From contig JAZQXI010000125.1 in the NCBI GenBank assembly GCA_045632805.1, positions 1 through 61,135 on the forward strand: a DNA stretch of 61,135 nt, given 5' to 3'. A model generated the notes under the pieces. It did no database searches. It saw only the letters and a list, made by a program, of their open reading frames with translations, and was not told where the DNA came from. The translations under genes were made by a program, and so were the position numbers. Positions within the stretch are counted from its first letter, which is position 1. Each line of letters opens with the position of its first letter. Below are positions 38,340-45,980 of this stretch, one piece after another. Source of the DNA: Eubacteriales bacterium (lineage in GTDB: Bacteria; Bacillota; Clostridia; Oscillospirales; CAG-272).

Positions 38340-38897
38340 ATGATACACCCGTTTTTGCATCTTGGCACGATCCTACGGCATCGCCATAAGGTGATCTCGC
38401 ATTGCTTTCGCGTAGGGATCGGCTGGCAAGGATTGCGCCACGACCTTTCCAAATTTTCCCCCACCGAGTTTTTGCCGGGAATCAAGTATTATCAAGGAAC
38501 CAGAAGCCCAAACGAGCGCGAACGGGAGCTGTACGGATACTCGGCGGCATGGATGCATCACAAGGGGCGTAACCGCCACCATTTTGAGTATTGGAACGAT
38601 CTCAACCCTGCGACAAAGATGTATGAGCCTGTCAAAATGCCGATGCGCTACGTCAAGGAGATGTTTTGCGATCGCGTTGCCGCCAGCAAGATTTACCAAA
38701 AAGAAAACTACACCGATCAACACCCTCTGCAATACTTTACAAGAGGGAACGCGCGCAAAAAGATGCACGCCGATACAGCGGATCTTTTAGAGGATTGGCT
38801 GACCCGACTTGCCCGTGACGGTGAAAAAGCCGCCTTCGCGCACATCAAACAAATTCCGAACGATTCGGACTACGGAGGAACCAAACAAAATCCATGA
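38340..38897 (+). CDS. DUF5662-like protein (often mis-annotated 'catalase')
   Basis: HDLSKF...AWMHHKGRNRHHFEYW pattern as I recall it for this family. GGAGGAGGG RBS. Upstream promoter is TTGACG, 17 nt, TATAAT. Confidence 0.45.
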   Translation: MIHPFLHLGTILRHRHKVISHCFRVGIGWQGLRHDLSKFSPTEFLPGIKYYQGTRSPNERERELYGYSAAWMHHKGRNRHHFEYWNDLNPATKMYEPVKMPMRYVKEMFCDRVAASKIYQKENYTDQHPLQYFTRGNARKKMHADTADLLEDWLTRLARDGEKAAFAHIKQIPNDSDYGGTKQNP

Positions 38898-39241
38898 CGT
38901 ATATCATGCAATTGCACCAAGAACCCTTTGAAAAGGTCAAAAACGGCACCAAAACCATCGAATTGCGCCTGAATGACGAAAAAAGACGACGCATCCGCGT
39001 AGGGGATTGCATCACCTTTCTCAATCGCGCCGACTCGGGAGAGAGCTTGACCGCGCGTGTGACCGCATTGTATCCCTTTGACTCCTTCGAGGAGCTTTAC
39101 CGCACGTTGCCTCTGGATCGGTGCGGCTACGAGAAATCGGAAGTTGCCACTGCCGCTGCTTCTGATATGGACGTTTACTACACTCGTGAGGAGCAGGAGC
39201 GTTACGGCGCCGTCGGAATCGAGATCGAGGTCATCTCATAA
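38894..39241 (+). CDS. ASCH-domain protein
   Basis: The N-terminal EPFEKVKNGTKTIELRLNDEKRRRIRVGD region is typical of ASCH. ATGA overlap with the preceding gene. Confidence 0.65.
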   Translation: MTYIMQLHQEPFEKVKNGTKTIELRLNDEKRRRIRVGDCITFLNRADSGESLTARVTALYPFDSFEELYRTLPLDRCGYEKSEVATAAASDMDVYYTREEQERYGAVGIEIEVIS

Positions 39242-39253
39242 CTGTTTTTACAT

Positions 39254-39296
39254 AAAAAATCATCGCCAACGCATACTGCGTTGGCGATGATTTTTT
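39254..39296. terminator. Bidirectional intrinsic terminator (AAAAAATCATCGCCAACGCA-TACT-GCGTTGGCGATGATTTTTT)
   Basis: Read directly. Confidence 0.75.
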
Positions 39297-39299
39297 GTT

Positions 39300-39722
39300 T
39301 CAGGTGATCCGTTCAATGCGTTCGTTGCAACGGGGGCAGGTGACGATAATACTGCCTTTTCCCTTGGGGACACGCAACACGGCACGGCATTTGGAGCATT
39401 TGAAATAAACATGTGTATCCTTGTCGCGTTTTTTGTTTTTGTGAAGAAGCCAAGCATTTTTGGGCTTGTTTTTGATCCGCAGATAGCGGTCCAACTCACG
39501 CCGACGCTTGGAGATGTTTTTGGAAAATGTGCGGAAGATCGAAAAAATGACCAGCACGTATGCCAATAGCGAAAAAAGAAAGAAGAAAGGAACGGGAATA
39601 TAGGAAATCAAGATCAAAGCCAACGAGGAGAAGAGAAGAACATAGGTCAATTCGTCATTTCCGTATCGACCGTACATCCATCCTGCGATCTTATATCCGA
39701 TTTTTTGAAACCATTGCTTCAT
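39300..39722 (-). CDS. Membrane protein with a C-terminal zinc ribbon
   Basis: Two TM helices, then CSKC...CPRC. AAAAGGAG RBS before ATG 39722. Confidence 0.55.
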   Translation of the reverse strand: MKQWFQKIGYKIAGWMYGRYGNDELTYVLLFSSLALILISYIPVPFFFLFSLLAYVLVIFSIFRTFSKNISKRRRELDRYLRIKNKPKNAWLLHKNKKRDKDTHVYFKCSKCRAVLRVPKGKGSIIVTCPRCNERIERIT

Positions 39723-39846
39723 AATAGCAGTACTCCTTTTGATCCGCATCCGAAAAGACGCTTCTATCATTGATTTATACGGTTACCGTTATTGTAACAC
39801 AAGATTATAAACCGAACGCAAACTTTTTTCGTTTTTTTGAAAAAGA

Positions 39847-40623
39847 TTACTCTTTTTTTGGCGTATAGCCAAACTTTTTTTTATAAAGGCGGATGAAAAA
39901 GGACAGATTGGAAAAGCCCGATGCTTCGGCGGCTTCTGAAACATTATATTCACCGCTTTGTAGCTTGATGCGCGCGTTGGAAAGGCGCAGATCGTTGCGA
40001 TATTCGATGGGAGATTTTCCAATAAATTCCCGAAAGAGTCTGCGGAAATTTACTTCACTCATGTCGCACAATGCGGCATAGTAGGCGATTGACTTGTTCT
40101 GATCATACGCCGTGCCAAGTTCCAGAAGTGCCGGCTGGAGCTTTTGATATTTCGCGGGGATGCGGGTATAGCTTTCATCGATTTGCCACAGCAGATGATA
40201 AAGGCAGGAAAGATGGTAAAAGGGGTGTCCCGAAACCATTCCGCGAAAAGAGCGGAAGAATGCGTGGATCAACTCGTTTGCGTTTGGGAGCAAAATTTTT
40301 TGCGGCGCGGAAAGGTAAGAGGGAAGCTCTCCTGCGGAAATATCGAATTGTATTACTCGGATCTCGGTAAGGTCATCTAAATACGTGGTGGAATAGGCAC
40401 AGCTCTTGGGGATAAAGACAAGATCGCCCGCCTGCAAAGTCAGACTTTCGTAGGCGTTTTCAAAAAAATCATGGCGCAGTTTTCCGCTTACGATGTAGAT
40501 AAATCCGTGATTCAGTCTACCGTTTAGGACCGAATGGCGGTAGTTTTTTTCGCGTGAGACGCTGGTAATGACCATTTTGCTGACCGTAAAATTGGGTTCC
40601 TGCAAATTGTATTCGTGTTTCAT
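39847..40623 (-). CDS. AraC-family transcriptional regulator (cupin + HTH)
   Basis: C-terminal IAYYAALCDMSEVNFRRLFREFIG...AAEASGFSNLSFFIRLYKKKFG. Divergent from the second uronate cluster. Confidence 0.85.
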   Translation of the reverse strand: MKHEYNLQEPNFTVSKMVITSVSREKNYRHSVLNGRLNHGFIYIVSGKLRHDFFENAYESLTLQAGDLVFIPKSCAYSTTYLDDLTEIRVIQFDISAGELPSYLSAPQKILLPNANELIHAFFRSFRGMVSGHPFYHLSCLYHLLWQIDESYTRIPAKYQKLQPALLELGTAYDQNKSIAYYAALCDMSEVNFRRLFREFIGKSPIEYRNDLRLSNARIKLQSGEYNVSEAAEASGFSNLSFFIRLYKKKFGYTPKKE

Positions 40624-40773
40624 CCGATCACCTCTACCTATATCATATCACGCAAGCTCCGCTTTGTCAAGAAATGTTGATCGAATTGTGTTAGAAAAGA
40701 TCGCATTTGTGATTGAAGGGAATGGAAAATTATGTTATACTGGTACTATCATATAGGAAAGTGAGGATTCGGC

Positions 40774-42066
40774 ATGCAGCAAAATGCGTTTTTGAAAAGC
40801 GCACGGGCGGTAGAGCTTTACGAAAGCTATGCGCGTCATCTTCCCATTATCGATTATCACAACCACATCTCGGTTTCGGATATCGCTTCCGATCGACGAT
40901 TTGAGGATATCACACAGCTTTGGATCGCGTGCGATCCGTACAAGCATCGCCTGATGCGAATCTGCGGTGTTGAGGAAGCTTTGATCACAGGGAATGCCGA
41001 CCCATATGAAAAATTCCAAGCGTTTTGTACGGTCTTTCCGCGCCTTGCGGGTAATCCCGTCTATGATTGGTCGCGCATGGAGCTTTCCCGTGTTTTTGGA
41101 ATTGAGGATCGTTTATGTCGCGAAAATGCGCGTCGTATTTATGATGCGGCAAACGAAATGCTGGCGTCGGATGAGTTTTCCAATAATGCCATTTTGTCTC
41201 GCTTTGGGATTGAGTATCAGTCACCCGTTGCAACGCTTTTGGATGATCTTTCACTGTTTAACGGAACGTCGGTGGCACCGTCGCTTCGTGCGGACGAGCT
41301 GCTTGCGCCGACCAACGAATTTTTAAAACGGCTTTCCGAGAAAACAGGACACGAAATCACCGACACCGACAGCTATCTTTTGGCGGTTGCAGTTCTTTTG
41401 GATCAATTTGACGCTTGCGGATGCCGTTTCGCCGATCACGCTTTGGATGACGGCTTTTTCCAAAACGATACGGACGGAAAGCAACGCGATATTCTCATTC
41501 GTCTCGGTGTCGAATATGCCAAGCGCGGTTGGACAATGTTGTTGCATCTTGGAGCCAAGCGCAAAACCAGTGCGCGGCTGCGCATCTTGGCAGGTCCTGC
41601 GGGCGGATATGCCGCGGCAGGCGAAGGCTTTCCCGTCAGCGCCGTTTGTGATCTTTTGGGAGAGATGGAATCGAGCGGCGGATTGCCGGACACCGTCCTG
41701 TTTCCCTTGAACATGAGCGATATCCCCGCATTTTCGGTGATGCAAGGCTCTTTTTCCGAGGATGGAACTCCTTCAAAGGTACAATTGGGGCCTGCATGGT
41801 GGTGGTGTGATCACACGTTGGGGATCCGCCATACGCTATCTTCCATCGCTTCTTTCGGAGTGCTTTCGCAGTTCATCGGCATGACCACCGATTCGCGCAG
41901 TATTTTGTCCTTCGTGCGGCACGATTATTTCCGCCGTCTCCTTTGCTCCTTCATCGATGAGCAAAATGAGATGGGAGATTGGGAGCTGTCGCAAAAAGAT
42001 GCGGGAGAGATTTTGCATGCAATCTGCTATCAAAACGCCAAAAACAAGATCGAACGAGTAAAATAA
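40774..42066 (+). CDS. Glucuronate-isomerase-family protein (second, shorter paralogue)
   Basis: LPIIDYHNHI, DPYKHRLMR and MTTDSRSILSFVRHDYFRR parallel the uxaC motifs at 16910-18298. Confidence 0.75.
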   Translation: MQQNAFLKSARAVELYESYARHLPIIDYHNHISVSDIASDRRFEDITQLWIACDPYKHRLMRICGVEEALITGNADPYEKFQAFCTVFPRLAGNPVYDWSRMELSRVFGIEDRLCRENARRIYDAANEMLASDEFSNNAILSRFGIEYQSPVATLLDDLSLFNGTSVAPSLRADELLAPTNEFLKRLSEKTGHEITDTDSYLLAVAVLLDQFDACGCRFADHALDDGFFQNDTDGKQRDILIRLGVEYAKRGWTMLLHLGAKRKTSARLRILAGPAGGYAAAGEGFPVSAVCDLLGEMESSGGLPDTVLFPLNMSDIPAFSVMQGSFSEDGTPSKVQLGPAWWWCDHTLGIRHTLSSIASFGVLSQFIGMTTDSRSILSFVRHDYFRRLLCSFIDEQNEMGDWELSQKDAGEILHAICYQNAKNKIERVK

Positions 42067-42079
42067 AAGGAGAACAGCT

Positions 42080-42928
42080 ATGGATCAGTATTTTTCGGGT
42101 AAGGTTGCGGTTGTTACAGGTGCCGCAGGGATGATTTGCTCTGAGGTTGCAAGAGATCTTGCAAGTCTTGGAGTCACCGTCGTTTTGGTTGGCAGAACCG
42201 CGGAGAAATTGGAAAAGGTTGCCGAAGAGATCCGTACGTCGGGTGGAGCGTGCATGACATATGCCTGCGATGTGAGTGACCGCGAGGCGGTGGACGCACT
42301 TGCCGATACTGTGATTGCCACTTACGGCAAATGTGATTTTCTCATCAACGGAGCCGGCGGTAACAACGCCAAGGCACAGCCAAAGATCACCAAATTTGAT
42401 CCACGTGAATTGGATGCGGACCGTCCCGAGGATCTTGTAGGACTTTACAACGTTGATATGGATGCGTTTGAGAATGTGATCCGTCTGAATACCATGGGAA
42501 CGGTTTATCCGCTTCTTGCGTTTGCCAAGCATATGGCAAAGGCGGGGCGGGGGAGCATCATCAATTTTGCTTCGATGAATACCTATTGTCCGCTAACGCG
42601 TAATTTTGCCTATGCGATGAGTAAGGCGGCTGTTGCCAACTTCACCCAAGCGTTTGCGGCATATTTTGCTCACACGGGTGTGCGCATCAACGCAGTCGCT
42701 CCCGGTTTTATCGCAAATGAGCGCAGTCGCCTGATCCTCGGTACTCCCGAGGAGGGACTGACCAAGAGAGGGCAGGATGTGATCGATCACACCCCCATGG
42801 AGCGTTTTGGAAAGGCACAAGATATGTGTGGATGCATCCGCTGGCTGATCGATGACCGTGCCGCAGGCTTTGTTACGGGCGTAACCGTTCCCGTAGACGG
42901 TGGATTTTTGACCTTGAGTGGGGTGTGA
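42080..42928 (+). CDS. SDR-family oxidoreductase (D-mannonate/fructuronate reductase-like)
   Basis: VTGAAGMI Rossmann motif and a YAMSK catalytic motif. Its length and context resemble SDR-type UxuB. Confidence 0.65.
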   Translation: MDQYFSGKVAVVTGAAGMICSEVARDLASLGVTVVLVGRTAEKLEKVAEEIRTSGGACMTYACDVSDREAVDALADTVIATYGKCDFLINGAGGNNAKAQPKITKFDPRELDADRPEDLVGLYNVDMDAFENVIRLNTMGTVYPLLAFAKHMAKAGRGSIINFASMNTYCPLTRNFAYAMSKAAVANFTQAFAAYFAHTGVRINAVAPGFIANERSRLILGTPEEGLTKRGQDVIDHTPMERFGKAQDMCGCIRWLIDDRAAGFVTGVTVPVDGGFLTLSGV

Positions 42929-42930
42929 CC

Positions 42931-43875
42931 ATGATCTTGACAGATTATTTCAGAAGTACACGCGATGCCACGTGGGATTTTGCCCTGCAATCGGGAGTGA
43001 AACACGGTGTTATCCGTCTGCCGGAGGATGATGCGTTTGACGTAAACGATGCTTCGCATTGGAAAACGGTGTATAAGCGATTTACCGATTTTGGCATTAC
43101 GCCGGTTGCGATCGAGCCGATGCCCAACGCTCAGCACGACCACATCAAGGCGGGCGACGGAAAACGCGATGCTTCCATCGAACAGGTGATCGGCATGTTT
43201 CCGATCATGCAAGAGCTTGGCATACAGACGATCTGCTTTAACTGGATGGCGCATATCGGATGGTTGCGCACGTCCAAGGATTATCCTGAACGCGGCGGCG
43301 CACGTGTCACCGCATTCAATATGGCGGATTTTCAGCCGACGGAAGCCAAAATCACTGCCGATGAGCTTTGGAAAAACTATGAATATTTCATCAAAGCCGT
43401 CATTCCGGCAGCCGAACGCTACGGCATCAAGTTAGGGCTTCACCCGGATGACCCCCCGGTTCCGCGCTTGGGAGACGTCGAACGCATTATGATCTCACGC
43501 GAGAACATCCGCCGTGCCGTCAATGGAATCGTTAAGAGCGAGAGCCTTGGAATTACGATGTGTCAGGCGAATTACTACATCATGGGCGAGGATCTTGAAA
43601 GTGTCATCAAGGAATTTGCCGACAAGATCTTCATGGTGCATTTCCGTAACACGACCAAAATGGAAAACGGCTTCCGTGAGACCTTCCACGACAACGGTGA
43701 CATTGACATGGCAAATTTGATGAAGATCTATATCCAAAACGGTGTCAACGTACCGATCCGTGTGGATCACGTTCCCACGATGGCAGGGGAGCAATCGCAA
43801 GTGGCGGGCTATGATGCCATGGGGCGTCTCTTTGCGATTGGGTATTTGAAGGGGATTTTAGATGCTTGTCGATAA
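42931..43875 (+). CDS. uxuA: Mannonate-dehydratase-like TIM-barrel protein
   Basis: Family resemblance and its position after the SDR reductase. An alternative GTG start at 42925 overlaps the SDR stop. Confidence 0.55.
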   Translation: MILTDYFRSTRDATWDFALQSGVKHGVIRLPEDDAFDVNDASHWKTVYKRFTDFGITPVAIEPMPNAQHDHIKAGDGKRDASIEQVIGMFPIMQELGIQTICFNWMAHIGWLRTSKDYPERGGARVTAFNMADFQPTEAKITADELWKNYEYFIKAVIPAAERYGIKLGLHPDDPPVPRLGDVERIMISRENIRRAVNGIVKSESLGITMCQANYYIMGEDLESVIKEFADKIFMVHFRNTTKMENGFRETFHDNGDIDMANLMKIYIQNGVNVPIRVDHVPTMAGEQSQVAGYDAMGRLFAIGYLKGILDACR

Positions 43876-43888
43876 AGGAGAGAAGAGA

Positions 43889-44671
43889 ATGAATGTTTTT
43901 ATTCTGACCGATCTTGAGGGGATCGACGGTGTTAACGACATCGAATTTATGGATCGAGAAGGCGAAAAATACGCACTTGCTCGCACGTTCCTCTCTGAAA
44001 GCATCAATCTTGCAACCGAGGCTTGCTTTGAAGCGGGAGCCGATCGGGTGTATTATCTGGACGGTCACGGCGGCGGTGGGAACGTTATCGACGAAACCGT
44101 AGATCACCGCGCGCAAAAATGCAGTCTTGCCGAGTGGGAGGAGCTGTTGCGATCGGGAAAAATTGATTGTTTGATCGAGCTCGGCGCTCATGCGCGTGCG
44201 GGAACGATGGGTGGATTTTTGGATCACACGATCAATTCACGGGAATGGTTTTCGCATAAGATCAACGGCAGAGAAATGAGTGAGCTTTCAATGCATGCGG
44301 TGCTTTGCGGAGCATACGGTGTTCCCGTGGTCGCTTGTATCGGAGACGAGACTGCTTGTGAACAAGCCAAAGAATACATTCCCAACATTGTTACGGGAGC
44401 GATTAAAAAAGCAACCTGCCGCAATGTTGCAACGGGGTACGAGAACGCAGACGAGATTTTAAAGAATACCGTAAAAACGGCACTTGCGCGTTACCGCGAG
44501 ATCCCGATTTATCAAATTGAAATGCCCGCAACCGTGGAATTGACCTTTTACCGCACGGACATGTGCGAAGCAACCTTAGCGCGCTGTGGCGATGAAGTGA
44601 AACGGGTGGATGCTCGGACACTCCAAAAGACCGTAAAACGCGTGACTCAATACAAGGATTTGAAATTTTAA
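43889..44671 (+). CDS. Peptidase M55 (DppA D-aminopeptidase)-like protein
   Basis: The N-terminal MNVFILTDLEGIDGV resembles the DMEGISG motif of M55. AAGGAG RBS. Confidence 0.55.
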   Translation: MNVFILTDLEGIDGVNDIEFMDREGEKYALARTFLSESINLATEACFEAGADRVYYLDGHGGGGNVIDETVDHRAQKCSLAEWEELLRSGKIDCLIELGAHARAGTMGGFLDHTINSREWFSHKINGREMSELSMHAVLCGAYGVPVVACIGDETACEQAKEYIPNIVTGAIKKATCRNVATGYENADEILKNTVKTALARYREIPIYQIEMPATVELTFYRTDMCEATLARCGDEVKRVDARTLQKTVKRVTQYKDLKF

Positions 44672-44732
44672 AGGCGGAATATGGCAGAATGATCACTCTG
44701 CCACATGATCGAATCAAAAAAGGAGAAGTAGC

Positions 44733-45635
44733 ATGAAACTCAACGATAGAGAAGCGATTATCGAATTGACTCCCTTATGGAAAGGGGAGCGTTTTCCCGA
44801 TGGCAGACCCAAGGTTCCGCAAAAGTATTTGGATCAGATGCAAAAAATGACCCTTGAGGAGCTTTGGAAGCCGATTTTCCTCAAGGGCTATGAAAGTCAG
44901 TTTGAAGGCGATCTTAAGACCTTGCATGACGATGGCAGAAAGCTCATCGGACGTGCCGTAACCGCGACCTACGTTCCCACGCGTCCCGATTTATTGGACG
45001 TTATGTTTGACGTCGGTCGTGCCGAGGGACGTCAAGGCAACTTCAATCAATGGGTCATTGACTCCTTAGTCGAGGGGGATGTTGTCGTCGTGGACATGTA
45101 TGATAAGATCTATAAGGGTACATATCTTGGCGGTAATCTGACCACCGCGATCAAGACCCGTACCAAAACGGGCGGCGGCGTCATCTGGGGCGGTATCCGT
45201 GATGTGGAACAGATGAAGCAGGTACCCGACGTGCAGGTTTATTACCGTGGCATCGATCCCACTCCCATTCGTGAGTTCGTCATCAAGGATTTCAACGGCA
45301 TCACCCGCATCGGCAAGGCAACGGTTTTGCCGGGTGATATCGTTTACGGAGCCGGTGGCGGTGTTCTGTTTATTCCCAGTCATCTTGTGCAAGAGGTGGT
45401 TGAGGGGGCGGCAAAAACGCACGTCAAGGACGATTTCGGTTTTGAAATGATCTCTGCGGGTAAATTCACCACCGCGCAGATCGACCGTGCAACCTGGACC
45501 GAAGAGATGCTGGATATGCTGATGGATTGGATCAAGACGGATCCCAGAGGAGAGAAATACCGAGACCTTGATTGGTCGCAAGAGTATGATCTTGCTCGCA
45601 ACGGAGACCCGAACGATACGCAAACCATGCTTTAA
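44733..45635 (+). CDS. RraA-family protein (class II oxoacid aldolase / RNase E regulator-like fold), long form
   Basis: GRAVTATYVP...GGNLTTAIKTRTKTGGGVIWGGIRD core. AAAGGAGAAG RBS. Confidence 0.6.
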   Translation: MKLNDREAIIELTPLWKGERFPDGRPKVPQKYLDQMQKMTLEELWKPIFLKGYESQFEGDLKTLHDDGRKLIGRAVTATYVPTRPDLLDVMFDVGRAEGRQGNFNQWVIDSLVEGDVVVVDMYDKIYKGTYLGGNLTTAIKTRTKTGGGVIWGGIRDVEQMKQVPDVQVYYRGIDPTPIREFVIKDFNGITRIGKATVLPGDIVYGAGGGVLFIPSHLVQEVVEGAAKTHVKDDFGFEMISAGKFTTAQIDRATWTEEMLDMLMDWIKTDPRGEKYRDLDWSQEYDLARNGDPNDTQTML

Positions 45636-45648
45636 TAGAGGTGTAAAC

Positions 45649-45680
45649 GAGGGGGAACTTCTTTTCGGAAGTTCCCCCTC
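45649..45680. terminator. Hairpin GAGGGGGAACTTC-TTTTCG-GAAGTTCCCCCTC
   Basis: 13-bp perfect stem after the RraA-like gene. Confidence 0.6.
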
Positions 45681-45688
45681 ACAACCTT

Positions 45689-45890
45689 TAGACAAAACTA
45701 ATGATTTTCGTTAGTTTGATGAAAGTTTTGATCAAACTTTTTCAAAAGTTTGTGGGGTGGAGGGGCAACGCCCTCCTCGCCCGCCGCAGAGGGCGAAATC
45801 TATCTTTTCTTCGGCGCTTTTCTTTTTGCCAAGCTTTTTCTTTTGCGCCTTTTTGGTCAAAAGAAAAAGCGTCATCAACAAGCTTGTACG
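45689..45890 (+). repeat. Structured intergenic repeat, copy D
   Basis: The first roughly 90 nt are near-identical to copy B (TAGACAAAACTAA...GTTTGTGGGGTGGAGGGGCAA). Later stems differ from B by paired changes. Confidence 0.85.
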
Positions 45891-45926
45891 ATTGATAAAT
45901 TGCGCACTTAGGATCTAAAGTCTCAA

Positions 45927-45954
45927 GGGGGGACTTCTTTTTAGAAGTTCCCCC
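45927..45954. terminator. Hairpin GGGGGGACTTCT-TTTT-AGAAGTTCCCCC downstream of pheT
   Basis: Read directly. Near-duplicate of the 45649-45680 hairpin. Confidence 0.6.
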
Positions 45955-45980
45955 TAAAACTGATACTACAAAATTCGTAT

